A stretch of DNA of 64,000 bases, taken from Pocillopora damicornis (lineage: Eukaryota). The translations under genes were made by a program, and so were the position numbers. The stretch spans positions 62,001 through 126,000 of the forward strand of contig NW_020845065.1 of assembly GCF_003704095.1 (NCBI RefSeq), given 5' to 3'. This document shows positions 50,601 to 61,800 of the stretch, piece by piece (the stretch's first letter is position 1; each line of letters starts with the position of its first letter). The notes under the pieces were generated by a model that saw only the letters and a program-made list of their open reading frames with translations, was not told where the DNA came from and did no database searches.

Positions 50601-51385
50601 AGGTATGCGTAAGGGGATCTGACCAAGCCTGAAAGCATGCCATCAGGTTCTTACAACGTTCGCAAACGTTTGACCGCTCCGTTTCCCATGATGAAGCAGC
50701 CAGTTCTTAAACCAGGATCATTTGATCCAGAATCTCGCACACAAATTTCTAGGCTTCCGCTTTTCCTTGGTGTTTGATAAAAGTTCCCGGAATTCATCAA
50801 CTGCCCAATTCTCCCTCTGAACTGCCTTCTAATGTTTGTTAAGTCATTTTAATTTGCGACTTAGAGTCACATAGGGTTTCTCTCATTTTTCAACTTCTTT
50901 TTTTTCACTCTAAAACAAGACTTTTTTTTTTTTAACAAACAGCCAAATTTGATGTGTCAGCTCTCTGCACATTGGATCTTCTTCGTAAAGACTACAAAGC
51001 TTTGCCAACCGTTGAAAACAAAGCTCTGAGTGTTGGCATCAGTTCTGTCAGTGGATTATCACTGAATGATTTCTTCGCAAGAACTCAAGTCCATCAAAGC
51101 ATTTCAGAATACTGCCTGGCCTCATCTCTGGATGTGTTAATTATCATGTTTCTCTATTTTGTTGAAAGCCTTGATGATCCTCCCAGTAGGCAGATTGCTG
51201 TTTGTGGGCCACACAATGAAGCTAAGAGTAAAATCGCAGAAAATTTGTCCACTTCAGGAGAACTTAATTTGAGGCTGTGCAGCGAGCGTTTCCAAAACTG
51301 TTTCGTGTATGATCAGGAAAACATAACGGCTTCACGGAAAGTTGTGTTTCCTCTTGTACTGGATATCATCAAAAATAGATTTTGA
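47651..51385 (+). CDS. PRUNE1: PRUNE exopolyphosphatase (DHH + DHHA2), ~370 aa, 5 exons
   Basis: Exons 47651-47677, 48251-48364, 49156-49411, 49566-49838, 50943-51385 (1113 nt). Motifs HVVLGNEACDLDS, LRTE, LVDHN, EIL-DHH, VGSCCTLV, ILLDT, LLRKDYK, YDQENITASRK. Intron 3 donor is non-canonical (see findings). Confidence 0.9.
50437..50542. other. Assembly gap (106 N) in PRUNE intron 4
   Basis: Run of N; flanking exons join in phase (SVST-A-KFDV), so no coding exon appears to be missing. Confidence 0.95.
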
Positions 51386-52857
51386 AGTGCGTTACTTTTT
51401 TACTTGAACTGAGATGTTAATAATACCTTAGAGGGTGGCTGACTCCCTTTGTAATGGCCTTTCTTCGGATGTTTCAGGTAAAATGCAAAAAGAAGCAAAA
51501 AGGTGTTCATTTCATGTGTTCTTCTATCAAAATTAAAGACATGGTCAAACAAGATTGTGAAGAACTTTTTCTACAAGCGGCTGCCGATGGTGTAATAAAC
51601 GGCCGTTCGTGAAAAGTGGCTGTAAGGCGAAACCCAATGAAGAGAGCCTGCGCAGACTAACAGACGGCGGTAACAGGTCTAATGGGCAGCGGTCAACCGC
51701 TTGGCGCCGGCTTTTGTTGGATTACCTGGTTCAAAGAAATGCATGCAAATACACATCCCTTGCGTTTCACGGAAAAGTTACTTTATTAATGGTGACGTCA
51801 TCTATGCGTCTGAACCAATCAGAATGCGTGCGAAATTTAGCTCACTACATAAATAACATCCTGGTTAATAGGAATAGTTATGTTGTTAGACACAAAGTGC
51901 TCTTATCCAGATAGACAGTTCTCCCAGTCACAATGCTACGGAAACCGGCAGGAGCTTTGTTAATTAAGGATCTCTTTATTCTCGTGCAGACTTTACCTCG
52001 GCTTTTATTCCCCATAGCTACAGACAATGAAGTTTCCTGTGGAGAGGATTATCGCCTTGTTGTTTATACTAAGCATGTCATAGACATTATTGAGGGTTAA
52101 CTAAATAATGAGTACTAATGGAAATTACGGCAAGCTTTTCCTTACTATTTCTTTTCGATGCATTTTTGAAGTAGGCTTCTGAGGTTGGCACTCATAGTTC
52201 TGCGAAGACGACTGGAAAATATGTTCTTTTTATCTTTCAGATTAGTGCTCTCTCCATGCATTTGCTAATTGAAATATTCACTTTATAAAACTACAGATTC
52301 TTGCATAAAGCATTTTAAAAAAAAATTTAAAAATTTATCTTACTACACATTGCCGTTTATGTAAAAATCTATGGAATTCCAAAAATTGTGTCTTTGTCTT
52401 ACTATTGTCCAGCTAAGAGAAATACAATTTCACCGCGCCTGTCTTAAAAAAAAATTATCTTTCCTTTACTGTATAAATAGTTGATAATGTTTCCTAAGAA
52501 AGCTAACGCCAGCCTAATCTTTATACCTTACTTTTAAGAACTGTTGCCATTTCCGTGCTCCCAACCCTTTCCTAAGAGCATTCCTAAGGTCTCTATAACT
52601 TCCTCTTCGATTTTCGGTTACTCCAAACAATCAAAAGAATTATGAAGTGTCAATTCACTTTATGCAAATTGTGATCTTTATTGTTAGACCAAAGGACACT
52701 CCGCACCTCGTCAAATACAGAAGTCTATTGTTATCAGTGTAATGAAAATGCAAAATAGTCTGCTACGTGCGTTGGAAAAAAGTACTAAGGCATATTTGCC
52801 GCTTATGCCGTAGCCGTAGCGACTAAATTCCTTCGTGCCTCTTCGAGAAGGGAAGAA

Positions 52858-55800
52858 ATGTGTTCTACGTTCATAATAGTTGTCGGGATTTTGACAGCTG
52901 CGATCAATTTCTGTGAAGTGTGTAGTATCTCTATCAAATGCCAGGTAAGTAAGCCCGGTACTTCGACCAGGTAAAACTCTGTCACGTTCCTCTCGCATAG
53001 AGTCCGTTGTCCATCGTTGTTTTCGACGTGTTGATGTTTCTCGTAGTTGTTGTTATCGGTACTAGGTTTGTCGATTTTGGTGTACCAGCTGCTTTCACTG
53101 TTTTATTTGATGTTGAGAGTACTTCTGTTTACATTCAGACGACACCGAACGCGTGAAAAATAATGGTCTGTGTTTAATCGGATAATTTGACTGGACACTT
53201 GAAAGAAAACATCGTAACAAATCTGAGGGAAGGCGAATGGTAAAATTCGTGACTTTCGAAATGCCGAGACCACTGTTTGAAATTGCGGCACCAAGGCTAA
53301 GTCATTTTATCGGTACAACTCTTAACTATCATCTTCGCTTTACTCAGATTGTTTCAAGACACTGCTAATGACAGGAAGATGTTGCGCAAGAATTTAGATA
53401 CTCTCCTTAACGTTCTTTTTGGCTATCACAAATTTATTATGATCATAATGACAGCGATCATACACAGGCTTTTGTCGCTCAGGAATGTCACCCTAAGCCA
53501 CAGTAACTACCTTTGAACCTTGGATCTCGATCTGCTTTGTCATTTATTGGGGACCTTGGGACCGAACATGAAATTCATTGTGAGTGAAACTGTGAGACTC
53601 GTCGCTAAAAGCCTGACGAGATAAAATGTTTGCGGTACCCACGAATACGCCACCGCTGAATCTACAATTTCTCTTTTCATTCTGCGGTCTTTTGTCAAAA
53701 GCGCCGTTAAAACTTTTACACATGCAGTTAGGAACATCTTTCTTCTATGACATCTTGCTTGTACAAAGATTTCGTGTCGAACTGTGTAAAAGTATGCTTT
53801 AATTTCGATAATTTTTCAGAGTGGAAGTCGAAAAACTAGCATTCCCAGACAAGCAAACAACTCTATCAGGCAAGGCACTCTGTGCGCTGAGTTTTCTTGA
53901 TCTTTCGAGCGCATTATGAGAGCCAAAACACAAGTATGAATATTATTTACTAAGAATCTTGGTGATCACAAAATTAACAAGTTGAAAAAAATATTTGTTA
54001 AGGGTTGGTCTGTGTATTTTATATAGATATTTTGCTATATTAAGATTGTTTCCATTGGCCCCAGTTAAAAACGGCAGCTTTAAATTGAAGTGGGCCAGCC
54101 TGTTTGAATACTACCAATGACTAAACAAATAAACTAAGAAGTTTACAGCGAAAACGGAAGAGTCCAAAAGTTATTTAACATTTAAAGTAGTCATTGGCAG
54201 ATAACTCCGGTTTCAATGTACATTAGTTGTTTAAAACATTCGTAAACAATTTCTTGCTTGGTATATACAAATTAAATTTCCTTCGATAGTAAACACTGCA
54301 TTTATTACTCGAAAACGGTGCAGTAGCATAAAACAAAGCCATCTTTCACAATTCTTTAGTCTTCGCATTTTCTTCTGTATCCTCTCATTTCCCATCCTTT
54401 CCTATCCTTTTCCATTCAACCAATCCTACCCATTTCCTGCTATTCTTTTCTTAGCTGCCTATATTAAATGTGTCATCCAATCAACAGGTCAAAGATGCAA
54501 CTCGTGGCGTGGAGTGGGCTGCAGTACCCGGCGCAGAGTGCATGTTATTATCTAATGCTGGGATCTTTCTTAGAACAGCAAAAAGTCTCACTAACTCTTA
54601 TGGTGTGGCTATAATTGAAGATGTTCAGCCAGGATACTATCAAGTATGTACAGAATATATATCCTACACGGGGACGTTGCCTGAGTAACTGCTTCCAGTC
54701 CTTCTTTTATGAATTTCTCCGAAGGTAGTCCCCATAATGATTCTCATAAAGAATCTCGAAGAGAATACTCCATCCATTTTAAATTCAGATATGGAACTGA
54801 CTTAAAATAAACCGGCAAACGAGAAAAGGGGCAAGTTTCTAAAGAAATTGTGGTGCTGAGTCGGTAGGGGAGTATAACAAAATAATTTGATTTTATATTT
54901 ATCAGATGAGCTGATCAGTGTAACTTAGCCTCCGTAAAGAGTTGCTAGTTTTTAGAAACTTTTTACAATGGCCAACGTACATAATCGTCTCACTTTATGA
55001 AACCAAATTATGTATGAATGTAAGAGGGTTTTAACGGGTGATATGCGTGGGCGGGTCATTCGAGAGAAATGTGAGTGAACGCAGCTCAGTGTTTTACCAG
55101 ATCGCTTGTCTTATGTCTCATGTTTTATAGAAGAATTATGAGGATCCTCAAGAATACGAATGAGGCTTATTCTTCTCTTTTTTTTATCAAAAAGGGTCCG
55201 TGGTAAGGGTTTAGATCACGGATCATATCATAGCCATACAATCATATCTTGAGAGTTGCAAAATCATAAATTAAGAGTTATTTCTGGTAAATTCAGTCTT
55301 GTGTCCACTAAAGATGGTCTTCACCTCAATAGATAGGCAAAAACACCTCATCTTCCGCTTATAGAGGTGTTGTATCGTGAGGAGTTTGTTATGATCAAGG
55401 TTATTATCAGACGCGAACAATTTTGGAAAACAGACTGTTCGTGATTTAAGTATCTGCTCTAAAGCGTTTTATACTGTGCTGAAATGTGATAACTTGTCTT
55501 CCAGATTCGAACGTCTCGAATTGGTTACTATACGTTAAACGAAGACCTTACGATCGCATCCCACATTGAAAAACACGCCATGATTAACCAAGATATGGTG
55601 ATATCTCCGCGTCTCTCCCTCCGGGGAAGCGATGACATGTACCGTATTGTCCTCACTTGGGGGCGTGTCCCCAAGGATTTAGATTCTTACGTCATTACCC
55701 CATGGCCTCGAGAATCGGAATGCAAATCTGGAATGGTGAGTAAAGGAAGAATATACTGTAGCAACTGAGGTACAGAGATCTCGTTAAGAGCACGGCCATG

Positions 55801-58800
55801 TATTAATTGCTTATGTGACCAGCACTCTCCCTCTTTTTAAGTGAATAGTGCTTCCTTCTAAGCAGTTTGTAGTGCTGACTGTTGATCAATTTGTTGAACC
55901 TAGCTCTGAAACACTACTCCATCAAGGCGAACTTGAACTACCACTCGACTGCTACTCATTCGTGGAAACTACTACAAACAAACTAATGGCGTAGCCATGG
56001 GTACCAAAATGGGACCCAGCTACGCCAATCTTTTCATAGGTTTTATTGAACACCCGGCAATGTGCCAGTTTTTCGATAAACGTGGCTATCCTGTTTCTGT
56101 CGTTCAAGCAGGCCACCACCGCGCCCAACAAATTGATCGACAGCACTACAAACAGCTCAGAAAATAACGATCTCATTCCATTCACTCTCACATTTTACCC
56201 TCACAACCACGTTGTCAAACCTATCGTTCTAAAAAACTTTAAATTACTTCAAAACGATTCAGAATCTAATACTATCTTTTCGCAACTTCCACTAATTTCA
56301 TTCAAACGCGACAAAAAAATTGGCAGCTTTTTGGTCAGAAGTTCATTTCAAACCAATGACCAATTGGAACTTTCAAATGTGCTCGCTCAAGATGCGAAAC
56401 TTGTCCTTTCATTCAAAACGTAGAGAAAATGTCGGGACCCAAGAAATCCATTAAGATCACTGACCACTTCACGTGCACTTCCGCCAACGTGCACTTATTG
56501 CAAAAAGTTATATATTGGTGAAACAGGGTGACAACTAGGTGACCGTTTCCAAGAACTCCTTCGCGACGTAGAAAGAAATGACAAGGACGCATTAAAACCA
56601 CAAACCAGTCGTTAGACACTTTAATCTCCCTAATCATTCTTAGCTGAATATGGCCATTTGTGGCCTTTCCTTACTTCTAGGCGGTTCAGAAAGCCTTAAA
56701 ACTCTAGAAAAAAAATTTATCTTTGAAATCGGCACTCTTAATCCCCACGGGATCAACAAGCGCATTTCATTTAACTAATGAAATTCTTGTTTTCTCGTCA
56801 CTATATTCCCACCAGTAACGTAGCTCCATTTTCTGCATATAAACACACACACAACCCACAATTCCTCCAATCGCTTTGACAAAGAGCTAACGCTCGAAAC
56901 GTCAGCTTTGAAACTCTCTACGGCGGCCAGTTTACGTTATCAACTCAGTTGATAATACTAAATTACCATGTTTAAATCAGCTCGTCACATAATTCTTGAT
57001 AGATCGTAATCAAGAGTTTAGCTTATTGAGCATTATAATTAGTCCTGTAACTAAACAAACAGCTATAAAGCAATTTTCAATCGAGTAACGATATTAATTC
57101 GGAATTACTTTACCTCGCTCTTTCACGTGTTCACAAAACTCGAGCCATTCCCTCAACCAATGAGACGTAAAACGAATACCAATGGTGGCCTAGTTACCTG
57201 CGTTTCCGGTGTTTTATTATGAGTTCTCATCGGTTAGTGTTGTTTTCCTTTGTTATGATTGGCTAGCTGTTGTGATAACTTTGGTCTCAACTTTGGTGGA
57301 CAAGTGTCTTTTGACAGTCCATTAAAAAATTGCTTAAAATGAGGGCTATATCGCCATCCTTTGTGAAAAAAGTACCTCTACTGAAATCCTTTTTTGTATG
57401 TAGGTTTTCTTTGATGGCCAAAGATGTCAACAAGGCTCCCAGACAATCGATCTTGACGTGGATGCTACAGACATGTATGGACCGGAGACCATAACAATGA
57501 GAGGGTTACAGTCTGAGACATTTGCTTACTATGTACATATTTATTCTGTGGGTGTCTGCTGGGATAAGATATCAGCCAATGTCAAGATATACCAGGCTTC
57601 CACAGGTGGTCTGTTGTACAATATTCAACAACCGGAATGCAGTGAAGGTATTAAAGCTGGGCAGGTGTAGCTTTAGTTTGTGATGAAGGTTGAGTCATTG
57701 TGGGTCATTTGTTTGCCCTTTGCCAAAAGTCTTGTTCGGTTATCGTCGAGTGACAGTTCCACGGTGCCACATCGCAGGAAAAGGATGTATGATAATCATC
57801 TCTTGAACAAAGATCTCCCACAAACACTTAACTGACCTAATGGAGTAACGTAATATTTTGTGGATATCTAACTTAACTGTTTTGAAACATTGCAGATAGA
57901 TTTGGATACGACAGCACCAACTGTTCCCGTTACTGGCATGTGTTTGATTTTGATGCCTCCACGGCTAAATTCAAAATTTACCAGAACAAGCTCATGACCA
58001 AAGCACCTGTGCTCTCCGGGAAGAATAATGCTGATCCCAACTGCACTTGCTTAGTGAAGAACGACATCTCAAGCGTAGACGTCATCAGTTCTGCAGAAAA
58101 GATTTCTGTTACAGCGGAGAATCTCATGGTTGATATGTTGTGTGTCAACGAGATGAAGAACATTTACGATAACTCAAGTGAGTGACCTTGTTTAGTATGA
58201 CAAGGGAGGAAATTTTATAATGATGCCAAACCCATGACAAACCTCTCCCCGACTCGTCTCAAATCTCCCCGCTAGCGGAGAAACGTTTGTCCTGCAGCGC
58301 TTTAGAGCTTGCTCGCAGGCTACAGTACAGTTTACATTAACGTTTCGGTAATATTTTTCGAGAAAAATCGAATGTACCAAATAAAGGGCAAAAAGCTCAC
58401 AATAAATCGCTTATACCAGAAAAGATTTTCCCTTGAAAAGTTGTCTCAACAATTTTGTTTTTAAATCGATTACTCGTGTTTCTGATTTTCATATCTTTTC
58501 ATTGATCCCTGGAGAGGAAGCAATCTCCTTGTTTGGTCAGGAAATTCCCCAATATGGTTCAAAGAAAGCAAAGAATTCTAGTTCATTTGCATTTCAAAGA
58601 GTTGAACTGAAGAATTTGGTTGATTAGCAAATGCCCTACGGAACTTGCCGGTATTAACCCACTACCCCCGTTTTTTTTTCCTTTTTCTAGTGAAGAAGAA
58701 CATAAGGTTGAATCCTTCTGATTTGGTGGACAAGTTAGCGATGTTTATCAGTGGCCAGATTGAAATGAAGAGGCGTCTCGGAAACAAACTTAAGAATGTG

Positions 58801-61800
58801 ATTGAAAAGGAATATGAAGAATACAAGAGCGCTAAAAGACCAAGGATAACCAATCTCAAAGAAATTGCTCCTAAACAGTGCTGCCGCTACGATGGAAATA
58901 CGAAATACTCTACCAAGTTTCAGAGATGGGTTGACCATAACTCGGTAAATATTGGTTAATTTTTCAGATTTTAAGCAGTTGTCAATTGAATGTCGACAGT
59001 AATCCGAGATTGCATCGGTTTGCTTTACTTCGCTCTGTGATTGGTCCAGTAAAAACTCGCGCCATTCTCTCAACCAATCGGATGCAAAACTAGAACCAAT
59101 CATTTTCCTTTCTTCTGATTGGCCGTTGTAATTCTTTGGCTTTGGTTTCACGACACTCAATCGAAAAGCACTCTAATGAGAGGACCCGTTTTTAAAGGAT
59201 CTAGTCATCATATTCTGCCGATGTTGTTTTGGGGATTACGATTGGCACAAAAAGTACCCACATTCGTACATACGAGTTTGTAATAGTTTTCTCAAGATTC
59301 ATAACTAAACCTAGGTAGAGCTGACAATGTACCATTTGGCTCTTACCGCCCTTCTACTTTACTAGTGAACTTTTTTTTTCGCTATTGCTGTCTCCTTTGT
59401 AAGATGTCGCTTATTGCATGTGGCTGTGCGTGAAATGCCGATTTACAGAGGCAGTCTAGTCATAATACTATTACTTTTAGCTAGCTATCAGTCTTGTTCT
59501 TCACAGAAAACCGAACCTTCTTCTTTTTGTTGTGATAATTTCTTCTTCCTTTTTCTTGTTTTGCAGAGCTGCTGGTCTTGGCCAAGCGAAATAAAAGAGG
59601 TATGGATTTCCTCATCTTTGAAGCCAGCATTTGTAACTATTGCTAACTAGTTTATCCTGTTTCAGATGCCTGATGAACTTGTTTCGGCTTACGACTGGAC
59701 TATTCCGCTGGAGAAGGAAATGATGGAAAATGTGCATTCCAAGTCGCAGAAGGTACTACAACTCTATTTTGAGCAAATTTACAGTGGAATACGCCGTTCA
59801 ACCCGTCAAACAGTGATATTTGAAAGCGAGCACATTGTTTAAGTATTGCTTAAGAATGTCACGAGATGATCTCCATGTAATTGTGATTTAAGGAATTGGA
59901 AATTTTGCCTAAATTTTTGACGGGGTTCTGTATCCCAAGAGACTTCCTAACAAATAATCGACGAAGCAAGTTAGAAGCGGGGCAAATTGTGGTAGTTCTT
60001 TGTTTTCATGAACTAGTTGCGCACATGTAAATGAACTTATTATCAAATCGATTTTATTGCTATGTTCTGGGTAGCGCCCCATTGGTAACTGGGAGAAAGA
60101 GATTCGAACCTGGTCGATGCCTCACTTTTTTGAGTGGATTGAATTCAGTTGCTTCACAAAGGGGTGGATCCGTCTCTTGGCATCTAGAGTCAAATTTGAA
60201 GTCTCTTTAAGTTATCAGCCTGTTATTGCCTTTCAGAATTTTAATCCTCGCGGTCAACACAAGTGGCAATATTTCGCTGACGATGCAACAGGATTTTTCC
60301 GTAAATTTCCCGCCGCGTTAGTCAGCTCGTCCAAGTGTGGTAAGTTTAAATTTTTTGTGTTGTGTAAAGTAGGGGATTTAAGATGGAAGCATTACTGAAG
60401 GCTAAATTTCACTCTGCAAGACGATGTAAATTTAAAATTTCTCTCTATAATGGTCAGGGACCAGAGACGAGCGGCTTCAACCATGGTACATTGCGGCTAT
60501 TCTACGACCAAAGAATGTTGTCATACTGTTTGACATCAGCTATTCCATGAAAGAAGAAAACAAAATCATATTCGCCAGGACCGCCATTACGCCGATGCTA
60601 AAGGGGTTGCTGCCAACAGATTTTGTAAATGTAAGTTTTTGCACAACTTAGTAAACAACATTTCTGTCTTTCTCAATACGTTCTGTTTTCGCGCCTTCTT
60701 TCGCACTGCCCCCCATCCCTGCTCTGCGCCTGCATCGTAGAATATAGCGTTCTGAAATAAAACAGATTCTTAAACTAGATTTGTGCAGTGGAAGAATATA
60801 TAGGACCCTCTACGAAATTGAAAGGCAAATTCCAACTTCATCATCAGGTGATCGCCTTTGCGGAGTCAGCGCTTCTCCCGGGTATGACGCACAGCGGAGA
60901 TTCAGATAATACATACAACAGCTGTTTTAACACTCAGCTCGTGCAAGCCAATGGCCAAAATCTTCTGGACTTGAAAAGGTAGTCATTGTGAACAGTATAT
61001 TGATGCTAATTGAAAATTGTTCATCACTTCTGTGACCTGAGCACGTTAACCTTTTCATTATTAGCTTTTCTTTTTAATGTCTTCTATACCATTTGTATGA
61101 TATTATTTTGTAGAATTTGGTATCGGATCACCCCTTAATTCCCTAATTGATATACGCTACAGAACATGTTAAGTCTATAAGTTTTCTTCACTGAGTTCTC
61201 CTTCAGCTTTTCTATTTGTCCACACCTACAAAATCAAAACGTTGAATTAAAATCCTACCTGAAAGGCTGGATGAAGAGCCATCCTTTGAATTAGCCTCTC
61301 CCAAAATCCAATTTATCTTTTATTTTTCCACATTTATCTCTTAAACTTTTAAAAACTTCGCGGCCTATGACATTTCAACCCCTATGCTTGCAGTAAATTA
61401 CTAGGTTCCAAGCTGAAGTCACTCATCTTTTATCTTCATTTCTTTTACATCCGTATTCTAGATTTGTTGAGGATGTTCCTCTTGCCTCCACCATGACGTC
61501 TAATTATTACAATGCGATTTCAATGGCCTTAAAACTGCTCACGAACATGAAGAACAACCGTAACACTCACGTAAGTTACGCAGAACTGGGTCTCATTTCA
61601 CCAAGCACTTTCGAGCACTTCCCATTCCACAATTAGCTGATTATCGAGTATGTCCATCCGGTGGAAACTTTTACCGCTTGGTCCAATTAGTTAACTTTTG
61701 TTCTCCTTTCCTTTGATGCAAAATGAATCCTTACTGAGCCATGCATTCAATTTAATTCTCAATTTGAATTATTTCAACAGTTGATTTTTCTAGCCGGAAG

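Noticed and set aside
51789-51850. CRE (TGACGTCA) plus CCAAT as a promoter
   Set aside because: The string resembles a common dispersed coral repeat and is about 1 kb from the start codon, so it is not evidence of a promoter.
51933-52095. Alternative first coding exon of the VWA-Cache gene
   Set aside because: ATG-initiated frames hit stops (e.g. MKFPVERIIALLFILSMS*), and no phase-compatible link was found.
53820-53874. Candidate exon VEVEKLAFPDKQTTLSGK with a GC donor leading into VKDAT
   Set aside because: Needs a weak GC donor and a phase-2 upstream exon I could not find; the signal-peptide exon 52858-52944 joins 54488 directly with canonical sites.
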